The notes under the pieces: generated by a model
What the model saw: the letters and a program-made list of their open reading frames with translations, nothing else
What the model was told of the DNA's origin: nothing
Database searches by the model: none
IMG/VR virus record: IMGVR_UViG_2541047043_000003
Span: 15,427 to 79,426 of that record
From: a virus
Lineage: Duplodnaviria > Caudoviricetes
DNA: 64,000 nt
Strand: one strand, 5' to 3'
In this document: positions 40,874 through 50,294 of the stretch, piece by piece
How positions within the stretch are numbered: the first letter of the stretch is position 1
Layout of the letters: each line of letters begins with the position of its first letter
Program-made: the position numbers and the translations under genes

Positions 40874-42094
40874 TTACTTCTTATTTTGTTTTTCTCCTCT
40901 TTCCTTTAAAAGTTTATTGATTTTAAATATCTCTTCTTTTTTTCCAACCGATATTAACTTTTCGTGAATCTGGCTGGTATGTCTTTCGTTGGATCTGATT
41001 TGTTCATTCATTTTGTCCCACTCATGATTCAGTTTTATTAATGTTCTTTTCAATCGATTTACTTCAGTTTCTTTTTGGGATTTGGTCATTTGAGTGTATC
41101 GTTTTCGAAATTCCCTTACTATTTCTTTTAAGGGTTTGTGTGTTGTTTCTTCCTGTTCCTGTTTTTTTTCAGGTTTCGGTTCTTGAGGTTGAAGCTCTTT
41201 TCGTAGTTCGGCTACATACCGAGTCGCGGTCCCTAAAGGTATTTTCTCCTTTTCTGAAACCTTTTTAGCTAGGTCTTTGTGTTCTTCTTTCGAGCTCTGA
41301 GGAGTTATATTCGGTTTCTCTTCTTTTGGAATACTTTGTTTTTTATCTTCATTTTGTTTGTTTTGGAATAATACGTTTTCCGGCTTTAAATCTTTTTTTA
41401 ATTTCTCCGATTTTTCAAGGATCAAACCTTCAGAGTGAAGGTTTGATTTTTCTTTTTTTGTATTTTTAAACGACTTTCTGTCTCCACCCCGATTTTCTTT
41501 TTCCAATTCCGTTTTGTAAAGCCTACGGATTCTTTGTTTTATTCGTGCTTTTCTTTGTTCTGGTGTCAAGTGTCTTCGAAACAAATTGTCGGATTCCATT
41601 ATATCGTATTCTTCTTCGTCGGTAAGGGGTTTTAAATAATATCGTGCTGGGATTTTTGCGAACTTTTTTCTTACCTCCTTGTCTTCGTGAGTTTGTAACT
41701 CTAATGCGATGTTATATCGATTTTCACCCGTTACAATGATTCCGCCTTTTTTTACGGTAAGTGGGTCTAAAAACCCGTTTGCAATGATATTCTGTTTTAG
41801 GTTATTATATTCTTCTTTTGTTAAGGGGTCAAAATCGTTTTTCGGATTCGGTTTTAATCGTTTGGGACTTACAAATTTTACGATCGGATCTAAAGAATCT
41901 ATTTTTAAAGGTAGTGTAAGAGATATTTTCTTTTTAATCTTTTTCTTAGCTGAAAACCCTTTGTTTGATTTTTTCTTTTTTAATTTATTCTTAGTAGAAG
42001 TGGTTTTCTTTTTTGATATAGGGGCTTTTGAAACCTTCTTTTTTATTTTCTTCTTCATTTTAAGTTTATCAGAACGTTTCATTGATGTGTTCAT
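40874..42094 (-). CDS. ParB N-terminal-domain protein with Lys-rich N-terminus
   Basis: LKPNPKN, IVTGENRY, DNLFRRHLT and RGGDRKS motifs. Confidence 0.8.
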   Translation of the reverse strand: MNTSMKRSDKLKMKKKIKKKVSKAPISKKKTTSTKNKLKKKKSNKGFSAKKKIKKKISLTLPLKIDSLDPIVKFVSPKRLKPNPKNDFDPLTKEEYNNLKQNIIANGFLDPLTVKKGGIIVTGENRYNIALELQTHEDKEVRKKFAKIPARYYLKPLTDEEEYDIMESDNLFRRHLTPEQRKARIKQRIRRLYKTELEKENRGGDRKSFKNTKKEKSNLHSEGLILEKSEKLKKDLKPENVLFQNKQNEDKKQSIPKEEKPNITPQSSKEEHKDLAKKVSEKEKIPLGTATRYVAELRKELQPQEPKPEKKQEQEETTHKPLKEIVREFRKRYTQMTKSQKETEVNRLKRTLIKLNHEWDKMNEQIRSNERHTSQIHEKLISVGKKEEIFKINKLLKERGEKQNKK

Positions 42095-42365
42095 CTAAAA
42101 GCAATGCGTTTAACGGCGGCTCTTCTACTTCATCTCCTGTTTTACTTCTTACCCAACTTATTAAATTTGCGATTACGTTGAAATCTCTTTGTTTTAGTTC
42201 GTTACTTGGTCCGTATCCCCAAGCAAGGCTATATTCTAGTAGTTCTAAGAAAGTTTGTTTAGAAAGTCCTATTTTTATATTTTATAGATTTTCAATCAGA
42301 TCAATCGGCGCATCGTCATTTTCCAGGATATTAGGTTGTATTGTCCGTAGATATAGAATCGTTTA
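42075..42365 (-). pseudogene. Degraded ORF with in-frame stop codons
   Basis: TILYLRTIQPNILENDDAPIDLIENL*NIKIGLSKQTFLELLEYSLAWGYG... Confidence 0.35.
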
Positions 42366-42496
42366 CGGGATTTTAGTGCGTATATTGTCGCTCACTTTTG
42401 TTCAAAACCTTGGCTTAATGTTTTTATTTAAGTTGATTGGTAGTACAAGTCAAATTTTTCACCCGAAGGCAAAACCACTTGTTTCCCTTTTTGAAG

Positions 42497-42853
42497 TTAT
42501 GTTAATTTATTTTCTACTACCGAAGCCGGTGGCAAACTCGCAATTTTTTCCAATAACTCAATCACTTCGGATTCTTCATAATAGCGAATCACGCAATCCT
42601 CATCCGGATCTACAAAGATACCTTTTGCAAATTCTCCCGTTTGGGTTATCCACAATCCTATTTCGTAATAGTCGAAATTAGGATTGTTTCCTAATTCCTT
42701 TTTTGTGTCTTCAGAATATTTTATTAAAGACGCTGTATATCCGTTTATAAATGCCAAGTGAATTCTAATAATCAATTCATCCGAAATATCTTTTATATTC
42801 AAAATCTGATCTTTCAGATCTTGCTTGAGATTTTGCAAAAGTAACTCAGTCAT
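42497..42853 (-). CDS. Hypothetical protein
   Basis: 118-aa ORF. Confidence 0.65.
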   Translation of the reverse strand: MTELLLQNLKQDLKDQILNIKDISDELIIRIHLAFINGYTASLIKYSEDTKKELGNNPNFDYYEIGLWITQTGEFAKGIFVDPDEDCVIRYYEESEVIELLEKIASLPPASVVENKLT

Positions 42854-42975
42854 ATCTCTTAATTTTACTTTTTATATTTTTTAAGATCAAGTAAATTTTC
42901 TTACATTAAATATTTAGAATTGAATATCATTTTTCGACGTTATAACGATTTGTGATAATGGTATCACGGATTATT

Positions 42976-43785
42976 TTATTGATTAAAATCATTTCTTACT
43001 TGGTGATATTTTTTAAAAAAGGATTTTTTAGGATGAACTTGAATAATATTTTTACTTGGAATATCTGATTTAACAAATCCCTCTAAATCACTAGTATGAA
43101 ACTTTTTATTTATGGAGTGTGCATAATTGCTTACAAGAGTTTTCCCAAATCCATATTCTTGAAATATCGTTAATTCTGAAACTTCAATTAATGCCTCAAT
43201 AACCACAGGCTTTCCAATACTTTTACACAGTTTTGTAATTTTACGATCTTCTTTAAACCAAAAATAAACCGCTTCCCCGCCATAATATTTTAAGAAATCT
43301 TCGGAGTCTTCTCCTACAAAGTTGCGATTTAAACAAAACCATAAGGTTCCTTCTCTTCCTTCAGAATTGTTTTCGCGAAAATAATCTAACTTTTCTTTAA
43401 AGTAAACAATGTCTTCTTTAGAAATTCTGAGTTCATCTTTTAAATATTGAATAAACTCAGAATGATGTTGACGCATGTTCAGAATTCTTAGACCAGTTTT
43501 ATGGTAAGGCTTAGTATGAATCTCTTTTGTACAATGGAACCCGACTATTCCATTATTGTTACAATATTTTTCTACATCCTCGAAAATATCGACTATACAA
43601 CGATCTCGTTTAATGTTTTCGATCCATAAATTATTCATTAATAGATCAATAACTTTCCTTTGATTCAGTTGATCTATTATGTTTTTTGGATACGTTTTTG
43701 AATCATCGAGTATTATCATATATAAATTAAAAAAGTTTTTCGCATCGATGTCTACCATATTAGGCTTTTGACTTTGAATCCGCAA
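42976..43785 (-). CDS. Hypothetical protein, possible ADP-ribosyltransferase-like fold
   Basis: GFHCT..GL..LWFC..YGGE...EG pattern. Confidence 0.6.
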   Translation of the reverse strand: MRIQSQKPNMVDIDAKNFFNLYMIILDDSKTYPKNIIDQLNQRKVIDLLMNNLWIENIKRDRCIVDIFEDVEKYCNNNGIVGFHCTKEIHTKPYHKTGLRILNMRQHHSEFIQYLKDELRISKEDIVYFKEKLDYFRENNSEGREGTLWFCLNRNFVGEDSEDFLKYYGGEAVYFWFKEDRKITKLCKSIGKPVVIEALIEVSELTIFQEYGFGKTLVSNYAHSINKKFHTSDLEGFVKSDIPSKNIIQVHPKKSFFKKYHQVRNDFNQ

Positions 43786-43911
43786 TCATTTACTGAACTG
43801 CTTCTTATGCGAACGTACCAAAGGATGGAGGAGACCGAGCGGAAACCCCGTGGTGTTCAGATACGCTGCGAAGCTCCCTTAGTTATATCACTGAAAATAC
43901 AACGGAAGAAA

Positions 43912-44520
43912 CTAAATTAAATAACTATTATCAAACTTATCTTTCAGTCGTTGCAATATGACCGGTTGATTACTCAATAAATTAGCAGTAAATATTTTAA
44001 GTGGAATCTCGTAATCAGGAAATAAAATTTTATCCGCTAAATACACTGGATAAGGAATCAAATGACCAAGTATTCTTCCTTCAATTTGATAGTTGTTTTC
44101 TGTGTCTAAAACTACAACGACCACAGGCGCGTTAAAATTTTTAATAGAAATCGACTTCCTTGCTAACTCATTCGCTCTAAGAGGCAGAGGTTTATCGTTT
44201 TCTATTTTTTGAAATAAAAAATTCCCATCATCAGTAAGCTTATATGACAAATAATGGAGGCCGCACCATTCCGAAACCAATTGATAACTCTTCGTGTTAG
44301 TTTCCGCTTTAAACAAAGTGTTTCGCAAAACTGAATAGTCTTCCTCCGATATTCCATATAACCTAATCTTTTCAACGATTCCGTCGGCAATATGCTCGTT
44401 CCCATTACCAGATTTTCTTTTTGCATACCAAATGTATCTGCAATTATTGCAGAAAAATTGTCTTCTACCTTCAACTAAGTTCTCATTTATCGACCCTAAT
44501 TCGCAGTTCGGACAAGTCAT
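43912..44520 (-). CDS. Zn-ribbon protein
   Basis: MTCPNC...CNNC; AAGGAG SD upstream. Confidence 0.75.
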   Translation of the reverse strand: MTCPNCELGSINENLVEGRRQFFCNNCRYIWYAKRKSGNGNEHIADGIVEKIRLYGISEEDYSVLRNTLFKAETNTKSYQLVSEWCGLHYLSYKLTDDGNFLFQKIENDKPLPLRANELARKSISIKNFNAPVVVVVLDTENNYQIEGRILGHLIPYPVYLADKILFPDYEIPLKIFTANLLSNQPVILQRLKDKFDNSYLI

Positions 44521-44814
44521 TTTGACTCCTTTAATGTATGATATATTTAAAGATGATCTCACTAATGACGCCTAACGAAGTAGGTTTGCCGACGTCGCCA
44601 ACCCGAAGGGGGACCGACACGACATCTTTCTATAAATTCACCTTATTACTATTTTATCAAGTGAAACCGTTGTTAGCCGCCGCTTCTATATATTCCAACC
44701 AACGAGTCGCCTCGCAAACTTTTGCATTATACCTTTCTAACTCTTCTTGTTTGATTGCCGTTTCTGATTTCGGTTTTGTTAATAATTTTTCCAATTTTGG
44801 AAGAACATCCAAAT

Positions 44815-45273
44815 TCACTTCCCAACATTTCTTATCCGATTCCCAAATCGCATTATAATTTTTTTCAGTCGGGTGGATAATTGCGGATCGTAGGAAAATT
44901 TTAATTCGGCGGTTTTTCCTACGATTTTTGTAGTTATCGGCCCTATAGTAATTCCGTCATATTGTTTTGTTAGATTTTCTATTTTGTTTTTAAGTCGATT
45001 TTTATCTGCGTCATTTTGTTTTTTAACGGTTTTGGAAAGTTCCGGATTATATTGATTTAAAATTTCATGATATAACGCTTCGTATTCTTCGTTCTCATTG
45101 CGTAATCCAGTGATATATTGGTTATATAATCTTGAATAGAGGCTATTCGATTTATTGTTTTCCAACTCAGGATATACTTCGAATATCTTAGAATTAATCC
45201 TTTCCTTTGCAATTTTATCAAAATCAGCATTTTCGTTATACAAAACGGCAAATCGACTTAATTTCGGTTTCAT
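44815..45273 (-). CDS. Hypothetical protein
   Basis: 152-aa ORF with GGAG SD. Confidence 0.65.
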   Translation of the reverse strand: MKPKLSRFAVLYNENADFDKIAKERINSKIFEVYPELENNKSNSLYSRLYNQYITGLRNENEEYEALYHEILNQYNPELSKTVKKQNDADKNRLKNKIENLTKQYDGITIGPITTKIVGKTAELKFSYDPQLSTRLKKIIMRFGNRIRNVGK

Positions 45274-45318
45274 TTCTTACTCCGGATATTGCTATTTTAG
45301 ACGGTAGTATTTAAACAT

Positions 45319-45340
45319 AGTGTTGACTATAGTCAACACT
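45319..45340. promoter_or_regulatory. Perfect 22-bp palindrome between divergent genes
   Basis: agtgttgactatagtcaacact. Confidence 0.7.
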
Positions 45341-45431
45341 TAATATATGAATACCTATTATTTTTTGTATTTTTATATTCCAATTTACCTCTCTATTTTA
45401 GTATATTTCATCGATAATCGAGGATTTAACA

Positions 45432-45719
45432 TTGAGCAACCATCCTTCTAAAAAGATTCATTTCAAATCAATTGCCGAATTGGAAAATACATTGGAAAAT
45501 CTTTGCCTTTCGTATATCGAGCAAGAATCGAAAATCTTGGGTCAATTCGAACTTTCTAGACGGATTGCAGGGGAAAAATCCTTTAAACGAGAGGATCATG
45601 GGGCGCGTTATATTAACGAATCCGTCCATCGTTTCCACAGAGTGAAAAAAACGGGTAAACTTAAAATCGACATTTTACTTGAAATATGCCAAAAAATTTC
45701 CAATTTAAAAAAAGGTTAA
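45432..45719 (+). CDS. Small hypothetical protein, possibly DNA-binding
   Basis: GAGGA SD with TTG start; basic composition. Confidence 0.55.
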   Translation: MSNHPSKKIHFKSIAELENTLENLCLSYIEQESKILGQFELSRRIAGEKSFKREDHGARYINESVHRFHRVKKTGKLKIDILLEICQKISNLKKG

Positions 45720-46109
45720 TTTCATTCAATTGTGTTACTTTATTATTTCATAATATTCTTAATAAAGCTTTTTAACGTTACTGAGAAGGGCCCTCCCCCG
45801 GTTTTTTGGATACGTATCTTAGGAATTCGAGTAATTTTTCCCCGTTTCCAAATTTTGAATCTTTACTGTCCTGTAACGATTCTTGTGTTTGAGTTTCGAA
45901 AGTAACCGTTTCCTATCAGTCACAAACGATATCATTTCCATAAGCGTTTTTGACGAATTTGATGTTCCTTGTCAATAAGAAGGATAATGAGATTTGATTT
46001 TTAGCTACAGATCGATCCGAATAATCAAATATAAGAACCGCTCTTTTCTTTAAGTCAGCCGGTAAACTCGATTACAAATTCCACTTTCAAGTGAATTGTA
46101 TTTCTTCTT

Positions 46110-47090
46110 TTAAAGATTTACCGGAATTGGAGACAACCATCTGAGTAAGAGTTCCTTGGATCTTTTTCCTCCTATCCAAAAATGATGCCAGTGTGCTCTT
46201 CGGATATGTGGACTTTTCATATTGGATTGAATTTCTGTCTGTTTTTTTGTTTCTCTGTAATCCCTTAGCTTTTTACCGATTTCTTTCCCCACGTCCCAAA
46301 CTGTAACTTGCGCCGCTTGATTGAGTTCTATATTACTTTTTTCTTTCGCTCTTTGTTTGTAAGTCGTGTGGGAGTAAGTTCCCGTGATCTCTGCATTTTC
46401 CGAACAGATATACAGGATTAGAGTGATGAATTTTTCTAATTCCAGGGTTTGAGTCTTTATACTCTCTTTGATCCGTTCGAATCCCGCAAATCCCAATTTT
46501 TGTTCTACTTTTTTTGTGTTCGTTTTGAGTAATTCTAAAATCGATTCTTCTACGGTATAGTCTCCGAGTTTTAAGATTAACGGAAATGGTGGTTGATTAT
46601 CGTAATCCGGTAATATTCGCAACTCCTCTTCTCCGTCTGTAGATTCTAAGAATACAAAAAATCCGTTACAATCCTCTATGATGCCTTCCGGTATTTCCAC
46701 GTAAATCGACCAGAGAGGTATTTTTTTTAATATCTCCGTTGGGATTTTTTCAGGCAAAGCGGAAGAGACTAACTCTTTTGCAAGTTCTTTTGAAAACTTG
46801 TATACCCCTTTCGAAAAACTCCAAGGGGCTAGTGCTGCGAGTTGATTCACGAGTAGTAGTTTAAATACCAATTGGGAATCTGATTGTTCAGGCATTCCCT
46901 CAAATACATTCGGGAAATACGTCGCCATCGGCGCAAATACGTAACTCGGCCATTCGGGGAGTTTTTTCCCCTTTTCTTCCAGTGCGTATTTGGCTACCGT
47001 TTTCCAGTTTGGAAATTGTCCTAAAACTTTTTCACAGATTAATTCCGGTTTTGATTGTATTTGTTTTTCGGTTTTTTCTTCTGGAGGTGA
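46110..47090 (-). CDS. AcrVA2/FinQ-family protein; 5' end apparently frameshifted
   Basis: LPEWPSYVFAPM, W..SKGVYKF, P.WSIYV, LILYIC, VG.EIG and PHIRRAHWHHFW..RW..PI.VN motifs. Confidence 0.75.
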   Translation of the reverse strand, partial: SPPEEKTEKQIQSKPELICEKVLGQFPNWKTVAKYALEEKGKKLPEWPSYVFAPMATYFPNVFEGMPEQSDSQLVFKLLLVNQLAALAPWSFSKGVYKFSKELAKELVSSALPEKIPTEILKKIPLWSIYVEIPEGIIEDCNGFFVFLESTDGEEELRILPDYDNQPPFPLILKLGDYTVEESILELLKTNTKKVEQKLGFAGFERIKESIKTQTLELEKFITLILYICSENAEITGTYSHTTYKQRAKEKSNIELNQAAQVTVWDVGKEIGKKLRDYRETKKQTEIQSNMKSPHIRRAHWHHFWIGGKRSKELLLRWLSPIPVNL

Positions 47091-47268
47091 TCATAGTTTA
47101 TGTTTTAAACCTTTTTTGTATGTTCGATCTTTATTATATTCTGTTTTTAGAATTCTTCTTTTTCTAATTTTTTAGTTAAATCGGTTCTTTTCTCGGTTCC
47201 CTGTAGTGTTTTTTTGACATCATTGTTGCTATTTTTACTTAAAATAAATTTGACTCTCTCGTAGGGTT

Positions 47269-47797
47269 TTGTATTTAAGTTCCGTGCATATTTTAGAAGT
47301 CGGTAAACTTTATCACCCGAATAAAACGAAGTGGCAGGAGGGAGCCTTTTATCAATGCGCGGGTGGTGAACACAGGCTTGAATTATTTTTCAATTCCCCT
47401 TCTCCTAAAGAAATCAAATCGGTGAAAAGCGGTACAGCGAGTTTTGGTTTTTTGGTTCAAGACGAGCTAATTTGTTTTTTATTTCGTTTTTACCCTGATT
47501 TTGATTGGTTCGATTCACCTAGTTTTACCTGAAAAAAATAGAGTTCCTCCTTTAAAAAGGAATTTGGATTCGGATATGCCCGTTTTGACTACGCTTCTTA
47601 TTGATGCGTCTACCGGTATTTTGAAAGTTATCCGAGCCACTTCTCTTAATTTAGATTTTGCTAATCGTTTAGAATCTGAAATTCTAAATCAGTTAAACCG
47701 TCCTTTTGATTCAAACGTTTTTGATAAAAAGTTTGCCTTACTTTATGACTTGTATCCGACCACTCAGTCGATGCTAAAAGATGCGATTTTGTCTTAG
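47269..47797 (+). pseudogene. Hypothetical gene split into two frames
   Basis: Overlapping ORFs 47269-47532 and 47501-47797 read as one protein. Confidence 0.5.
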
Positions 47798-48191
47798 GAG
47801 TAATTGTATTCGGTTTTTTGTTTTTAATAGTAAGTTAGGGTTTTTTGATTCTATTTAGTTTTTCATTGAATAGCCCGATATCTTTTTTAAAGAACTTTTA
47901 GTTACCACTTTAGTTGTTTCTTAGTACCCTTTAACCAGTTCAAATTCATTTCCTAAACACCCCGCTTTGCGAGGCTCTTTTTTATTCTAAAATAGAATAT
48001 ATTTTTAATTATCTGGTTTATAATAGATTCAAAAGAATTGTTCCGGGCTTGCTTTTATCTTCTTCCCGCTAGTTTTAATCGATAATCCTCGTAATCGTCA
48101 AAGAAACATAGCGCACACCACTGAAAAAATACCATTGGGAGATTTTAATAAATAGTTGAAAATTTGATATTAAAGAGACATAATTAACATT

Positions 48192-48812
48192 ATGTCTATC
48201 GCAATTCAAAAGTCAAATTTCGTTAAGAATTTACATGTGATTCGGTTAGTCGGGTTGGAAAACCCTCAAGAACTTCAAAATGTTAAAAAATTTGCTAGTA
48301 ATGTTTTTCTACAAAGCGGTTACACTAAATCATTATATACGACAGTCGATATGGACCCTTGGTCTACTTGGTTCTATGTGCGGGAAGGGTCGGAAATCTT
48401 GGCCGCCATGCGTATTGTAGAAAAAAAACCGATGAATTTAATCCCTTTGGAACTCGGTATCATTAAAGAAAGCGATCCAATACAAAGATATGCAGTGATT
48501 GGGGAAAATATTGCAGATTGGAATTCGGTCAGTTTTTTGCTCTCTAAAAAAGGTGCACGCGCCGCTTTGTCTACGTTTCATGCTGCCGCCAATTTTTGTC
48601 TGGAAAAAAATTTCGATATGATTTACGGGTTTTACCACAAAAAAGTAAATCCGATCGTAAAACTCTATACTTCGATTGGAGCCATTCCTTCTGAAAAGTA
48701 TCCAAAAGAGGTTTATTTTCCGGAATGTTATTACCGGGAAGAGTTAGTTTACCTGACTCCGATTGAAATTAACAAAGTGGCTTTACAAAAAATTAGAACA
48801 AAATTATGGTGA
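48192..48812 (+). CDS. GNAT-fold acyl-amide synthase-like protein (FeeM/LuxI-like)
   Basis: VF..SGY...DMDPWSTWF......ILAAMRIV....IPLE pattern; KLY..IG motif. Confidence 0.6.
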   Translation: MSIAIQKSNFVKNLHVIRLVGLENPQELQNVKKFASNVFLQSGYTKSLYTTVDMDPWSTWFYVREGSEILAAMRIVEKKPMNLIPLELGIIKESDPIQRYAVIGENIADWNSVSFLLSKKGARAALSTFHAAANFCLEKNFDMIYGFYHKKVNPIVKLYTSIGAIPSEKYPKEVYFPECYYREELVYLTPIEINKVALQKIRTKLW

Positions 48813-48834
48813 TCCCGATTCGTTCGTGGCACCT

Positions 48835-49734
48835 ATGTCAATTTTATTTAACATTTTTACATCCTCTCTGATTTTTTTATTAGGATTTTATATCAAAAAA
48901 AAACGAGATCCGCTTATATCCGTTAGGATAACCTTCTTCTATCTGACTCTTTCTGTTGGGCTCTGGACTTTATTTTCAGGCTGTAGACAATATATACCTT
49001 ACAGTATTCGTCTCTACGCTCCGAACCTAATTTTAATTTCTGTAATATTCGTTCCCTTTTTGTTAAACAGAATCGTGAGCAAACTTGTGGATGAAAATTA
49101 CAATGCTTCCAGATTTAGAAAATTCATCGAAACTTGCCTTATTGCTTATTTAATCATTTCAGGACTTAGTTTTAATTTGATAAAAATAACAAATATTCAA
49201 ACTCTTGCACACGAACCCCTATTTGCATATCACGTATTGATTCTTTATTCTATTCTTTGGATTCTGGAAAGCATTTTCAAACTTGCAAAATGTTTAAAAA
49301 ATTCCGATGGGATGGTCCGCGTTAGGCTTTCCTTGATGCTTTTCGGAATAACCGTTGCATTACCAATTTCAATCACTTTAGTCTGGATTCTACCTTTCTT
49401 CGGATTGTACCTTGGATCTTATATATCAATCGGTACCTTTATCTGCATTTTAAGCTGGGCTGTAGCCATCCTTCACTACGACGCTTTCCAAACTAGAAAC
49501 AAGGTATTATCCGGAGATAAAGTTCCCTTCATGGATAGAATCACACTCAATCCCATACTGAAATTATACTCTATTCTAGACCCCGAAGAATTTGAGATGC
49601 GAAGACTTGATTCTAACTCGATTCTAGCAATAGAAGTTATAAACACAGCTTTCGAATGGATCTTTAGAGCCGACATACCATTTAGAGCAACCGCTCGAAA
49701 AGTCGCAATTAAGTATGATAAATACTTAAAGTAA
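48835..49734 (+). CDS. Stand-alone HisKA_7TM-like membrane receptor without a kinase domain
   Basis: Seven hydrophobic helices; FFYLTLSVGLW and WAVAILHY motifs; short cytoplasmic tail. Confidence 0.7.
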   Translation: MSILFNIFTSSLIFLLGFYIKKKRDPLISVRITFFYLTLSVGLWTLFSGCRQYIPYSIRLYAPNLILISVIFVPFLLNRIVSKLVDENYNASRFRKFIETCLIAYLIISGLSFNLIKITNIQTLAHEPLFAYHVLILYSILWILESIFKLAKCLKNSDGMVRVRLSLMLFGITVALPISITLVWILPFFGLYLGSYISIGTFICILSWAVAILHYDAFQTRNKVLSGDKVPFMDRITLNPILKLYSILDPEEFEMRRLDSNSILAIEVINTAFEWIFRADIPFRATARKVAIKYDKYLK

Positions 49735-49739
49735 TCTAT

Positions 49740-50135
49740 TTATTCTTTTTTTATTATCACAAATAATGTATGAAATCGATCGATTAAACCCATAATAAAT
49801 TTCTGCTTGTCTTGGGGCAGCTTCACAAACTTTTCCAATTCTTGCATCAAACCGGGAATTTTTAAAATAATTCGAAGATTTAAAATTTCGTAATCCGTAT
49901 ATCTTTTACCACTGTCGGATTCCTCCAACCAAAACTCGCCTTCGCCTTCCATAATCCAAATTGCAGAGATGTTTGTTTTAAACTGGAACAGCTCGGCATA
50001 CGTCCATGTGAACTCTGTATCTCCGTTTAATAACCTGGAAGCGTTGGACGGATGAATCCTCAAAAGCTTCCCCAAACCTTTCCGATTGATTTGTAAAGTA
50101 TCGCATGCGATTTGCAGTCTTTCGAATGTTTCCAT
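49740..50135 (-). CDS. XRE/CI-like HTH repressor
   Basis: METFERL...LGKLLRIHPSNASRLLNG...ISAIWIMEGEGE. Confidence 0.8.
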   Translation of the reverse strand: METFERLQIACDTLQINRKGLGKLLRIHPSNASRLLNGDTEFTWTYAELFQFKTNISAIWIMEGEGEFWLEESDSGKRYTDYEILNLRIILKIPGLMQELEKFVKLPQDKQKFIMGLIDRFHTLFVIIKKE

Positions 50136-50260
50136 ATTTTTATGTTGCATTTCGCATTTTTTAATTGACATTAGTGCGAATTGCACTAATAACTACGTGC
50201 GTATTGCACGATTCGTTCTCAATGTCAGTACCAAATTGAGAAAGATCTGTGCAATACGCA
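50106..50260. promoter_or_regulatory. Five TGCG-WWW-TGCA operator-like sites
   Basis: Sites at 50106, 50146 (reverse), 50175, 50198 and 50250 (reverse); TTGACA at 50165. Confidence 0.75.
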
Positions 50261-50294
50261 TAATAGCAAGCTGAATAAATCTCGTTTTCTGTGA

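Noticed and set aside
40874-42094. Complete parABS partition locus
   Set aside because: No Walker-A ParA gene or parS array seen nearby
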